DNA of 64,000 bases from an uncultured Planctomycetaceae bacterium (GTDB lineage: Bacteria > Planctomycetota > Phycisphaerae > SM23-33), in contig CAZVYJ010000009.1 of the NCBI GenBank assembly GCA_964631565.1, positions 4,862 through 68,861 of the forward strand, written 5' to 3'. Below are positions 9,989 through 19,204 of the stretch, in pieces; within the stretch, counting starts at the first letter, position 1; each line of letters begins with the position of its first letter. Under the pieces are notes generated by a model. It saw nothing but the letters and a program-made list of their open reading frames with translations. It was not told the DNA's origin and did not search any database. Position numbers and translations under genes: made by a program.

Positions 9989-10432
9989 TTGTATAATTAC
10001 CGCATGACCGATTCGACGCAAAACGGGGAAGTCGCATCCAAAACCAACGTGGTGACGTTCGCGGTTGCAATATATTGCGTTCTTTCGGCGGGCTTGATCG
10101 CCTCGTGTGTAATCGCCTTCATGGATATCCCCGGCTGTTTATGGCTGGCCCTGCCCTACGTTTGCCTTTTACTTTTGGAAAGGGTTTTTCATAAAAACAG
10201 ATTCGAGCGGGTTATTGTTTTCGTGTTCGCACTGTTCGTCGCATCTTACGGCGTGCTGGCCCTGCTGGACGGGCTGGTGCTGCACGAAGGTTTCCTGGTT
10301 TCGACAGACATAAGAATTTCACATCTGGTAACTTTATTCCTGCCAATCAATCAGATGCAGTATTGCTTCCTTTTTGCAGCCTTTATGTTGCTGTCGCGGC
10401 TATTGGCGCACATGTGCAAAGAAACGTTTTAG
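9989..10432 (+). CDS. Small hypothetical membrane protein, about 4 transmembrane helices
   Basis: Four hydrophobic stretches. GC ~48%. It is transcribed divergently from the DUF488 gene. Confidence 0.45.
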   Translation: MYNYRMTDSTQNGEVASKTNVVTFAVAIYCVLSAGLIASCVIAFMDIPGCLWLALPYVCLLLLERVFHKNRFERVIVFVFALFVASYGVLALLDGLVLHEGFLVSTDIRISHLVTLFLPINQMQYCFLFAAFMLLSRLLAHMCKETF

Positions 10433-10502
10433 ATAACTTCCGCCAATCGCTTTCTCCCGCTTGACGCTCCAATGGCCAGTGCCTATTATCCTGAGCATTG
10501 CC

Positions 10503-11480
10503 ATGAGAGTACTATCAGGAATACAACCATCGGGCAGGCTGCACCTGGGCAACTATTTCGGCGCGATCCGGCAGCATCTGAAGCTGCAGGACGACGGGCA
10601 TTCGTGCTTCTACTTCATCGCCAATTACCACGCCCTGACCAGTCTGCAGGACAAGGCCGTCCTTGAAGACCTCACCACGCACGTGGCCATGGTCTATCTC
10701 GCCCTCGGCATGGACCCGCAGAAAACCGTTTTCTTCGCGCAGAGCGACGTGCCTCAGGTGACCGAGCTGTGCTGGATACTTAACACGGTCTGCCCGGTAA
10801 GCCTGATGGAAAAAGGCACGAGCTACAAGGATAAGATAGCCCGCGGCCTGCCGGCCAGCATGGGCCTGTTCGACTACCCGGTGCTGCAGGCGGCTGACAT
10901 CGTCATATACGACGCCGAGTGCGTGCCCGTGGGCGCCGATCAGAAGCAGCACATCGAAATGACACGCGACCTGGCCGCCAAGTTCAACCGCACGTACAAC
11001 TGCGAGGCGCTCGTGCTGCCGGAACCTTATATTGTTCCGGAAGTCGCCATCGTGCCGGGCCTCGACGGGCAGAAAATGTCCAAGAGCTACGATAACACAA
11101 TCGAGCTGATGGCCACCGCCAAGCAGACACAGAAACGGTGCGCCCAGATAGTCACCGACTCGACCCCGCTTGAAGACCCGAAAAACCCGGACACATGCAA
11201 CGTCTTCGCCCTGCTGAAGCTTTTCACCACGGACGAAGAGGCCGCGGACATCGCCGGCAGGTATCGCGCGGGCGGATACGGCTACGGCCACGCGAAGAAG
11301 CGGCTGGCCGAGCTTATCAACGAGAAGTTCGCGGCGGCCCGCGAGCGATACGTCGAACTGGAAAAAGACCCCGACTACGTGAAAGACGTTCTCCGCGACG
11401 GCGGCAGCCGGGCTCGCAAAGTGGCCGAGTTGACCATGCAGCGGGTCCGCGAAGCCTGCGGAATTGTTACGCATAAATGA
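10503..11480 (+). CDS. trpS: Tryptophan--tRNA ligase
   Basis: The class I HIGH-region equivalent is GIQPSGRLHLGNY and the KMSKS motif is KMSKS. The track start at 10461 is a TTG. I prefer ATG 10503 (MRVLSGIQPSG). Confidence 0.9.
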   Translation: MRVLSGIQPSGRLHLGNYFGAIRQHLKLQDDGHSCFYFIANYHALTSLQDKAVLEDLTTHVAMVYLALGMDPQKTVFFAQSDVPQVTELCWILNTVCPVSLMEKGTSYKDKIARGLPASMGLFDYPVLQAADIVIYDAECVPVGADQKQHIEMTRDLAAKFNRTYNCEALVLPEPYIVPEVAIVPGLDGQKMSKSYDNTIELMATAKQTQKRCAQIVTDSTPLEDPKNPDTCNVFALLKLFTTDEEAADIAGRYRAGGYGYGHAKKRLAELINEKFAAARERYVELEKDPDYVKDVLRDGGSRARKVAELTMQRVREACGIVTHK

Positions 11481-12568
11481 ACGACTACCGCGTTAATCTC
11501 GAAATATACAACGGCCCGCTTGACCTGCTGCTGTACCTCATCAGGCGGGACGAGGTGGATATCTACGATATTCCCATCGCCCACATAACCGAGCAGTACC
11601 TCCACTACGTCGAGATGCTGAAGGAGCTTGACCCGAACATCGTTGGCGACTTCCTTGTGCTGGCGGCCACGCTCATGGAGATAAAGACGCGCATGCTCCT
11701 GCCGGCCGCCCCCGCCGAGGAAGGCGGCGAAGGCGACGAGCTGCAGCTCGACCCGCGTGCGGAGCTGGTCCGCCAGCTTCTGGAATACAAGGCGTTCAAG
11801 GACGCCGCCGGCGATCTGCATGAAGCAGCCGAAATGCAGTCGCAGAAATTCCCCCGCCGCCCGGCCGACGTCAAGCTCGACGACGGCACGACCGACCTCG
11901 AGGATGTCCAGATATGGGACCTGTTCGACGCGTTCAGCCGGATAATGGAGGAAATCGGGCAGCGGAAAACGCATCACGAGGTCATATACGACGACACGCC
12001 GGTCGAGCTTTACGCCGAAGACCTGCTGGACAGGCTGAAACGCGAAGGGCCGATGACGTTCCGCCGCGTTTTCGAGGGACGCGGCAGCCGAAGCGAACTG
12101 GTCGGGCTTTTCCTGGCCATGCTGGAGCTTGTGAGGCAGAAAAAAATATTCGCAACACAGGATGACAACTTCAGTGAGATACATGTACACTTGAACCCGA
12201 ATCCGCCGGCCGACGATGAGGAAATCATCTCGCACGAGATGGACATGCCCTCCGGCGGCGAGCCGGCCGATATAAATGATGCAAGCAGTGAAAACGGCGA
12301 AAATGATGAAAAAACGTCGGGACAGTACGTCCCGCAGACTCCTGTAAATGACGAAGAGGAAGACAAGAATATGATGGACACGGAAACAGACTTCGCCATG
12401 GATATCGATCTGGACGACCAGGAAGAGGAAGAGAACGACGACTTCGAGTTTGACGATGACGACGAGGATGAGGAGTTCGACGACGATTTCGATGACGACT
12501 TCGACGATGACGATGAAGAATTTGAAGACGATGATGAAGAAGAGGCCGACTTCGACGAGGAAGAATAG
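11477..12568 (+). CDS. scpA: Segregation and condensation protein A (kleisin) with a ~110-aa polyacidic C-terminal extension
   Basis: LEIYNGPLDLLLYLIRRDEVDIYDIPIAHITEQYL is the ScpA N-terminal signature. Its start overlaps the trpS stop (ATGA). The tail is DDQEEEENDDFEFDDDDEDEEFDDDFDDDFDDDDEEFEDDDEEEADFDEEE. Confidence 0.85.
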   Translation: MNDYRVNLEIYNGPLDLLLYLIRRDEVDIYDIPIAHITEQYLHYVEMLKELDPNIVGDFLVLAATLMEIKTRMLLPAAPAEEGGEGDELQLDPRAELVRQLLEYKAFKDAAGDLHEAAEMQSQKFPRRPADVKLDDGTTDLEDVQIWDLFDAFSRIMEEIGQRKTHHEVIYDDTPVELYAEDLLDRLKREGPMTFRRVFEGRGSRSELVGLFLAMLELVRQKKIFATQDDNFSEIHVHLNPNPPADDEEIISHEMDMPSGGEPADINDASSENGENDEKTSGQYVPQTPVNDEEEDKNMMDTETDFAMDIDLDDQEEEENDDFEFDDDDEDEEFDDDFDDDFDDDDEEFEDDDEEEADFDEEE

Positions 12569-12589
12569 CCGATTAGAGCGTATTATGAC

Positions 12590-12850
12590 AGGGTCTGGCG
12601 TTATCGGATTGTAGCCCACGGCAGCCAGCCCGTATGGGTGAGCCGTGGGTATATGGAGCATATCTAATATAAATAAGCCCCGTAAGGGGCGGCACGTGCG
12701 TCCACGCCTGCCATAACGATTAACATTTGTGTCGCCCCTTATGGGGCTGTGTATAAACAGGCGTTTTAAGCCCAGCCCTCACGGGCTGGGCTGATATGTA
12801 AGCCTGAAATTACAGGTCAGCGGGCGCCATGGCTTGCTTGCAAGCCATGT
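12590..12850. repeat. Cluster of five GC-rich palindromic (REP-like) hairpins in an intergenic region
   Basis: cccacggc...gccgtggg; gcccc-gtaa-ggggc; gcccc-ttat-ggggc, an inverted near-copy of the previous one; gcccagccc-tcac-gggctgggc; catggcttg-ctt-caagccatg. None is followed by a T-run. Confidence 0.7.
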
Positions 12851-12886
12851 AGTCGCACAACGGTGAATATCCACGGGGAGAAAAAA

Positions 12887-14590
12887 ATGAAACGGACGCC
12901 GATAGCTGCAGCCGCCCTGCTGGCGTGCATAGCTGCATACAGTTTTCACGCAACCTTTGCCGACGAGCCGGCCGCCACAAAACCGGACGGAGAAAACGCG
13001 GAAAAACCTAACAAGTTCGGCATCACCGTCTCGAAAGAAACCACGTTCATCACCGAGCCTCTCAACGCCGACGGCACGGTGGACTATGTCGCAGCCGCCA
13101 ATAACATGCTCTCGAAGGGCGTAACGAAGGACAACAACGCGGCCGTTCTGATAATCAAGGCCTTCGGCCCGAAGTTTTTCAGAGACGAAGACCCCGCCCC
13201 CATACTGAAAGTACTCGACATAACGCTGCCGGAAGACAAAGACGGCGTTCAGTACTATCATAATTACCTGGAATACGCCAGTTTGGCATTTTCAGACAAT
13301 GAATATAAGGCAAAAATGGAGTTTCAGAAAAACATGGGGGATGCAGAACTGGCGACAGAACAGCAGAAACCTCTGACCAAAGACCAGCGGCGGTGCGCGA
13401 AAGACTGGCTACAGTCAAATGCCATGCCCCTGCAGCAACTGACGGAGGCTTCCAGCCGCCCGCAGTTTTACATTCCCTTCATACCGGAAAAAGATCCTGG
13501 CGGCGACACTGCCGTTTTTCTGAATACAAGCTATTTGGCCAACATGAGGCTGATCGCCAATACATTTCGCATGCGGGCTCTTCTGCTGGCAGACGAAGGC
13601 GAGATCGACGCGGCCATAAGAGACACATGTACAATCGCCCGCCTAGGAAACCTTGTGTCCAAGAAAAATCTGATGATTGACCGCATAGTCGGAATCTCGA
13701 TTAATGTCATGGCACACAAAACGGCCGGCTATATCGCATCGCATTGCAATCTGACCGCCGAAGAGGCAAAAAAATGCCTTACCGAATTTCAAAAAGTTCC
13801 ATCTTTACCTCCCATAACAAAGATTTTCGAATCAAACGAACGGTTCTTCGCACTCAGCTTCTGGCAGTCCTCAGCGAGATTCAGTCTGGATGAGGTTACG
13901 CTGTCTTATGCATACCCTGAAGAAGACAAAAAAATCAAAGTACCTGATGTTCAGCTCAACTGGGACATGCTGCTGAAAATGGAAAACGACTATTTTGATA
14001 AACTCGCCGAAGCCGCATCGGCAAAGACATTCAGAGAACAATACGAGAATCTCAGAAAACTGGACGGCGGCGACGAAAAGGACGATGTCATTCTAAATCC
14101 CGACGAATTCGGCGGGACAAGAGGCAAACTGAAGAAACTTATCGAAGAAATAGGCACGGATGACTGTGATAAACTGACACTAGCTATCTGGAATTTTTCC
14201 CATAAAGATTTCATTCCGACACACCGATTTTTTGCTCTCGATGCCAGGCAAACTGCAATGCGCCATCTGGCCGAAGTAGCTTTCGCGATGGCGGCTTACA
14301 AGGCGGAGAAAGGCGAGTACCCTCAGAAGCTTGCTGACCTGGCGCCGGATTATCTGAAAACCGTCCCCAACGACATCTACACAGATAAACCTCTTATATA
14401 CAGACTCGCAGATGATGGCTACGTGTTGTACAGCGTCGGCGAGGACATGAAAGACGACGGCGGCGACGAAGGGGACGATTCAGTCGAGAAAAGTCTGCTG
14501 GTCCGCGTCGGCGAAAAACCAAAAGAGGACGAATCTGTCCCGTCGCCCCAGCCTGGTCCTAATCCGCCGGCTGTTCTTCCGGGACTATAA
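12887..14590 (+). CDS. Secreted hypothetical protein with a C-terminal domain like the type II secretion pseudopilin GspG
   Basis: ATG 12887 (MKRTPIAAAALLACIAAYSFHATFA, a signal peptide) with GGGGAG 7 nt upstream. The C-terminus AMAAYKAEKGEYPQKLADLAPDYLKTVPNDIYTDKPLIYRLADDGYVLYSVGEDMKDDGGDEGDD follows the GspG C-terminal pattern (A..Y....G.YP..L..L...YL...P.DP...PY.Y......Y.L.S.G.D...GG). It lacks the prepilin N-terminal hydrophobic helix. Confidence 0.6.
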   Translation: MKRTPIAAAALLACIAAYSFHATFADEPAATKPDGENAEKPNKFGITVSKETTFITEPLNADGTVDYVAAANNMLSKGVTKDNNAAVLIIKAFGPKFFRDEDPAPILKVLDITLPEDKDGVQYYHNYLEYASLAFSDNEYKAKMEFQKNMGDAELATEQQKPLTKDQRRCAKDWLQSNAMPLQQLTEASSRPQFYIPFIPEKDPGGDTAVFLNTSYLANMRLIANTFRMRALLLADEGEIDAAIRDTCTIARLGNLVSKKNLMIDRIVGISINVMAHKTAGYIASHCNLTAEEAKKCLTEFQKVPSLPPITKIFESNERFFALSFWQSSARFSLDEVTLSYAYPEEDKKIKVPDVQLNWDMLLKMENDYFDKLAEAASAKTFREQYENLRKLDGGDEKDDVILNPDEFGGTRGKLKKLIEEIGTDDCDKLTLAIWNFSHKDFIPTHRFFALDARQTAMRHLAEVAFAMAAYKAEKGEYPQKLADLAPDYLKTVPNDIYTDKPLIYRLADDGYVLYSVGEDMKDDGGDEGDDSVEKSLLVRVGEKPKEDESVPSPQPGPNPPAVLPGL

Positions 14591-15485
14591 GCCGGTCGTC
14601 GTCGGTTTCCGGTTCTTCTTTTTTCGCCGTAACGCCGAGGATGAACGGTTTTGTGTCCAGCTTGGGTTCTGTCCCAGCCGGGCGGCCGCACGCAGGGTCG
14701 GCCTTGTCGGGAATCTCAAACTTCACCGGCTCCGATTTGCCCTCCGGCGAAATGTAAACGCTCAGCTGCGGGTAATACTCCACGGAAATCTTCCGCCAGT
14801 CGTCCAGTTTCATCCGCTCGCGGCGGAGCACGTGTTCCTGGTTGGCGACGCGTTGCCAGCCGCCAGAGTCGAACTCGAAATACCACAGCTCAATCCGCCA
14901 GATTATTTCATCCGGTTTCTGGCCGTAGAACTGCCGCCGGCGGATGCCCTCGACGAGCATCGTCGCCCGCCGGCCGTGGCCCTGTATGTAAATCGGCCGG
15001 CGGATATCCAGAAAATCGTCCAGGTCGGCGACGTATTTTTCAAGCTGCTTCGCGTCGTCCTCGCTGAAGTCGTGCGTCTGCTCAGCCGGCAGTTTTAGCT
15101 GCTCGCGGCGTTTGGCGGCCATCCGAAGCAGGCGGGCGTCGGTGAATTCCAGGTCTATCCCCTCTATCGCCCTGCCGTCGGCGGTTTCGATGCAGACATC
15201 ATACGTCGCGTCGCCGGCCAGCGCCTTGAACGCAAACGCCCCGGTTTTCGCGTCGAACGAATCGGGCTTGAATGTTTCGCCCGTCGCCCGCGAGACGAGC
15301 CGGACGCTTTCAGCCTTGACCTTGTCAGCCGGGCTTATGGCGCCTGTAACGTCGCCGCTTTGCGGCTTGGGCAGTGGAGGCGGATCTTCGGCCAGTTCGC
15401 CCGCGGCCAGCCACGCCGCAAGCACGCAAATCGGAAGCGTTACAACGACGGCGGTCCTGATTTTCGCAGCAATTCGCATGGACAC
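14559..15485 (-). CDS. Secreted hypothetical protein
   Basis: N-terminal signal peptide (AVVVTLPICVLAAWLAAG). No recognisable domain. Its 3' end overlaps the 3' end of the convergent upstream gene by 32 bp. Confidence 0.5.
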   Translation of the reverse strand: MSMRIAAKIRTAVVVTLPICVLAAWLAAGELAEDPPPLPKPQSGDVTGAISPADKVKAESVRLVSRATGETFKPDSFDAKTGAFAFKALAGDATYDVCIETADGRAIEGIDLEFTDARLLRMAAKRREQLKLPAEQTHDFSEDDAKQLEKYVADLDDFLDIRRPIYIQGHGRRATMLVEGIRRRQFYGQKPDEIIWRIELWYFEFDSGGWQRVANQEHVLRRERMKLDDWRKISVEYYPQLSVYISPEGKSEPVKFEIPDKADPACGRPAGTEPKLDTKPFILGVTAKKEEPETDDDRLIVPEEQPAD

Positions 15486-15821
15486 AATCGCCTGATATTA
15501 ATTGTTTATGCGCGGCGGCCTTCCCAGGCTGTCGCGCCGATTGCAGTCGCTTAAACATATCCATGGCGGCATGGGAAGGCCGCCATGCAAATGCGCAGGC
15601 TGTATTTTCGGGTCAAACCCGGCGGCGTCTTGCATTAAACACGCCAGTCATTATACTCTGGACGTTTCGTATTAGCATCTTTTCGGAAATGTTCTCCTTG
15701 CTGGCCGCGAGCGGGAGCGGGAATCTTGGGTTGATTTTATTTACCGCTCACTGCCGTTCGCGGCTAGTTTAGTTGCCGCACAAAATACGAAAATGCCGCA
15801 GTGTACGTTTAAGAAACGAAT

Positions 15822-18203
15822 ATGATCGGCTCGAAGTACTCAAATACATTGTTGGTCTGCCTCATGGCGGTTGTCGTCAGCCTGTCGGCTTTTTCGAGCT
15901 TGTCGTCCGCCCAGGAATCGCCCATCAGCATGTCGCTGTCCAAGGGCGGGTTCACGCTCTACGCCAGGAAAAACACGTGGCGGCAGCAGAGCGTCGCGGT
16001 AACCAACATAACCGGCTCGCCCCGCGATCTGACCGTCGTATACGCCACCAGCGACCCGAAAAAAGGCGAGGCCCGCTTCACCCGGACAGTCACGGTTCCG
16101 CCCCACTGCACAAGAAGCGTCGATCTGTTCGTGCACATGACGGAGCTTGAGCAGATCGGCAAAAAGATCGGACGCTTCGACGCCGCCGGCGTGGCGTTCA
16201 AGCTGTTCGACGCTGAAACCGGCGAACAATTGAACTTCGGCAACGACATGGCATCCATCGTGCCGGACGATAATATGCTCATCGCGTTCATCACGGATTC
16301 ATCGGACGAAAACGAGGTCCGGACCTATCTGACCGACATGAAAGACCAGCCGCTCGGCGAAGTCTGCGTCATCGATCCGCAGCTTGCGACCTATCCCGAC
16401 CGCTGGTTCGGGTACGACATGACCGACATCGTCATTGTCGGCGGCCAGGATTTCTGCAAGCTGCGCCCCTCGCAGGTGCAGGCCGTCCTCGACTGGACCA
16501 GCCGCGGCGGCGTGCTGGTTCTTCGCGGCAGCGCAGCGATGCTGGATGTGCTTGACGGCCCCTTAGGGGAGGCTGCGGGCGTCGAGACGGTCGGCTTCCA
16601 TCGCACGATTTCGCTGGATGTCAGCGAGTCGTCCGGCCTGCATGTTGCGAAGGTAACACTGCCGCAAGCCCTTGAAATGGTCGAAATCGTCCCCAACGGA
16701 GCCGATGTGCTTTACACCGCAAACGGCCTGCCGCTGCTTACAAGGCATCGTTACGGCCAGGGATGGGTGTTCGCGCTCGCGACGCCGGCGGCGGGACTTC
16801 AGGACGAAAAACTACAGCAGATATGGAAAGTCGTATACGCAGCCAGGAATACGCTGCCCACAGTCGATGACACAGAGTTCGCATCACCGACACTGACCGC
16901 CCTTGAGCAGATTGCCGGGCGGAAAGCCCCGCCTCGCAGCGTTCCGATGGCGATGCTGCTCGTGCTGGCGGCGGCGACCGTGCTGGCCGGGTTCCTCCTT
17001 CGCCGCAAGCACGGCGAATGGCTGTGGGCTGCACTTGCGCCGGCGGCCGTGATTATCGGCATAGTTCTGTACGTCATGGGAGTGCAGCAGACCGACCCGC
17101 CGCGGCTGTCATATGTCGGCGTCATCTCCGCACTGGACGGGGATAAAGTTTCCGTCAAGGGCGCGTTCGCATACTACAGCGGTCCGGACAGCCGAGATAT
17201 GAACTTCGTCGCGGGCAATGAGCTGACCCTCATCGAAGACGCCTCGGGCGGACAGATAGGTACGCTCACACTGACCCGCACGCAATGCGGGGCGCAGCTT
17301 TCGCTGCCTGACGTGCCGCTGCCGCCCAACAGCATCAGGACTTTCCTGCTGGACGGAATCGCGACGATGCCGCCCGTGCGGGCGTCGTTCACATTCGGGC
17401 CGGACGGAGCCGTCGGCACGATAACGAACAACACCGGCGTCGACGTCCAGGACGCCGTGTTATACATCCGCCGCCGCAGCTACAAGGTGGGCGACCTGCC
17501 GGCCGGCAAAACGACATCCGTCACGCTCGCGACATCCGACCTGCTCGGCGACGGCAACTTCACAGGCAGTCTCACGCCGAGCACCGGCGACAAGCTCCGG
17601 AACGCGATGCTGCATGCAATGACCTTCGGCAGGAGAAATCTTCGCAGACACGACGACAGGCCGCTGCTTATCGCTCACGCGGCGATAATGCCTCTCGACC
17701 CGCTGCCGGGCGACGGGCTGACGCGACAGGGCTGGTCCGTGCTCATCTGGCCGGTTGAAATATCGTCCCCACCGGCAGGCACGCAGATAATCATGCCGTC
17801 AGGTTTCATAGAGACACGTATAATCGCCCCGAATGCATATAACGAACTGGACAACACTTTCACCGGCACTTACCGCCCCACCGAGGTGCTGCTGCTCGTG
17901 GGCAGGCCGGAAATAACATACAACCTCTCCGGCGCCGCGTTGAAACTGGCCATCGGCATAAACGCCCCGACCTGCCGCATGACAGTCGCCGGCAAAAGCG
18001 GAGATGAATACACCGAAATCAAGTCCTTCACAGGCCCGGTCGGTCTGCTGGGCGAAATAGAAATCCCGGACGCCGAGAGGTTCCTCAACGCCGACGGACA
18101 ATACGAGATATCGATTAAAATCGAGAAACCGGCCGGGCCGGAAGACCTGACGCTGTGGCAGTTCAGAAGCATAGACGTCTCGCTGGAAGGAAAAACCAGG
18201 TGA
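15822..18203 (+). CDS. Bitopic ABC-transporter auxiliary protein, GldG-like (ABC_transp_aux-like)
   Basis: Signal peptide. A central pair of transmembrane helices (MAMLLVLAAATVLAGFLL...ALAPAAVIIGIVLYVMGV). The GldG-like family call is tentative and made by eye. It is the first gene of a translationally coupled operon. Its stop overlaps the next gene's start (GTGA). Confidence 0.45.
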   Translation: MIGSKYSNTLLVCLMAVVVSLSAFSSLSSAQESPISMSLSKGGFTLYARKNTWRQQSVAVTNITGSPRDLTVVYATSDPKKGEARFTRTVTVPPHCTRSVDLFVHMTELEQIGKKIGRFDAAGVAFKLFDAETGEQLNFGNDMASIVPDDNMLIAFITDSSDENEVRTYLTDMKDQPLGEVCVIDPQLATYPDRWFGYDMTDIVIVGGQDFCKLRPSQVQAVLDWTSRGGVLVLRGSAAMLDVLDGPLGEAAGVETVGFHRTISLDVSESSGLHVAKVTLPQALEMVEIVPNGADVLYTANGLPLLTRHRYGQGWVFALATPAAGLQDEKLQQIWKVVYAARNTLPTVDDTEFASPTLTALEQIAGRKAPPRSVPMAMLLVLAAATVLAGFLLRRKHGEWLWAALAPAAVIIGIVLYVMGVQQTDPPRLSYVGVISALDGDKVSVKGAFAYYSGPDSRDMNFVAGNELTLIEDASGGQIGTLTLTRTQCGAQLSLPDVPLPPNSIRTFLLDGIATMPPVRASFTFGPDGAVGTITNNTGVDVQDAVLYIRRRSYKVGDLPAGKTTSVTLATSDLLGDGNFTGSLTPSTGDKLRNAMLHAMTFGRRNLRRHDDRPLLIAHAAIMPLDPLPGDGLTRQGWSVLIWPVEISSPPAGTQIIMPSGFIETRIIAPNAYNELDNTFTGTYRPTEVLLLVGRPEITYNLSGAALKLAIGINAPTCRMTVAGKSGDEYTEIKSFTGPVGLLGEIEIPDAERFLNADGQYEISIKIEKPAGPEDLTLWQFRSIDVSLEGKTR

Positions 18204-19204
18204 CAGAAAAAAACGACATCATTGTTAACTGCGAGGGCCTGACGAAAACCTACGAAGAGCTGACGGCGCTGAACAATCTGACGCTCCAGATCCGCCGCGG
18301 GCAGATATTCGGCTATATCGGGCACAACGGCGCCGGCAAGACCACGACCATCCGCATACTGGCGGGCCTGCTGAAGGCCTCCAGCGGAAAGGCGACGATA
18401 GCTGGCGTTGATGTTGAGAGCGGCCGCGACGAGCTCAAGCAGGTAGTCGGATATATGCCGGACAGCTTCGGCGTCTACGATCAGATGCGCGTCTGGGAAT
18501 ACCTGGACTTTTTCGGAGCCGCATTCCGCATCCCTCGCAAGCAGCGGCGAGAGAGAATCGACCATGTGCTGAACATCACCGACGCCGAATACATGCGCGA
18601 CCGCTTCGTCGACACGCTGTCGAAGGGCATGAAGCAGCGGGTCGGAATCGCCAGGACGCTCATTCACGACCCGGAGGTGCTGCTGCTCGACGAGCCCGCC
18701 AACGGCCTGGACCCGCGGGCCAGAATCCAGATGCGGCAACTTCTCCGCAAGCTCGCCGATTCGGGCAAGACGCTGCTTGTAAGCTCGCACATACTTCCGG
18801 AACTGGCGGCCGTCTGCGACGCCATCGGCATCATCCACCAGGGCAACCTGCGAACGTACGGGCCGATACAGAAAGTCCTCAGCGAAATACAGCGCGACCG
18901 GCTGATGGAAGCGAAACTGCTCAGCGGCGCCGACGCCGTCGCAAAACATATCGGGACGAACCAGCACTGCAAGAACATCGACACGTCCGACATCGCCGAG
19001 GGCGTCGTCCGCTTCCGTTTCAGCGGCGACGACGGCGAATTGTCGGCTCTGCTGGGCGGGCTGATTTCAAAAGGCGTCAAGGTTGTCACGTGGCGTGAAG
19101 TGCCGCTGAGCCTCGAAGACGCATATATGGCCGTCAGCGGCATAAGCTCCGAGGTTCCAGGAGAAGCCGAAGAAAACTCCGACGAAAACAAAAAGAATGA
19201 TTAG
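18200..19204 (+). CDS. ABC transporter ATP-binding protein
   Basis: Walker A GHNGAGKTT, ABC signature LSKGMKQR, Walker B LLLDEP. GTG start at 18200. Confidence 0.9.
   Translation: MTEKNDIIVNCEGLTKTYEELTALNNLTLQIRRGQIFGYIGHNGAGKTTTIRILAGLLKASSGKATIAGVDVESGRDELKQVVGYMPDSFGVYDQMRVWEYLDFFGAAFRIPRKQRRERIDHVLNITDAEYMRDRFVDTLSKGMKQRVGIARTLIHDPEVLLLDEPANGLDPRARIQMRQLLRKLADSGKTLLVSSHILPELAAVCDAIGIIHQGNLRTYGPIQKVLSEIQRDRLMEAKLLSGADAVAKHIGTNQHCKNIDTSDIAEGVVRFRFSGDDGELSALLGGLISKGVKVVTWREVPLSLEDAYMAVSGISSEVPGEAEENSDENKKND

Noticed and set aside
12360-12568. GA[CT]-rich nucleotide microsatellite-like stretch
   Set aside because: It is the coding sequence for the polyacidic ScpA tail, in-frame through to the stop codon. 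It is not an independent repeat element.
10515-12661. Two long minus-strand ORFs (10515..11474, 11375..12661) antisense to trpS and scpA
   Set aside because: trpS and scpA carry canonical motifs (KMSKS, and the ScpA N-terminus). The antisense ORFs are artefacts of GC bias and of the poly-D/E region, which reads as V/I/F-rich on the other strand.
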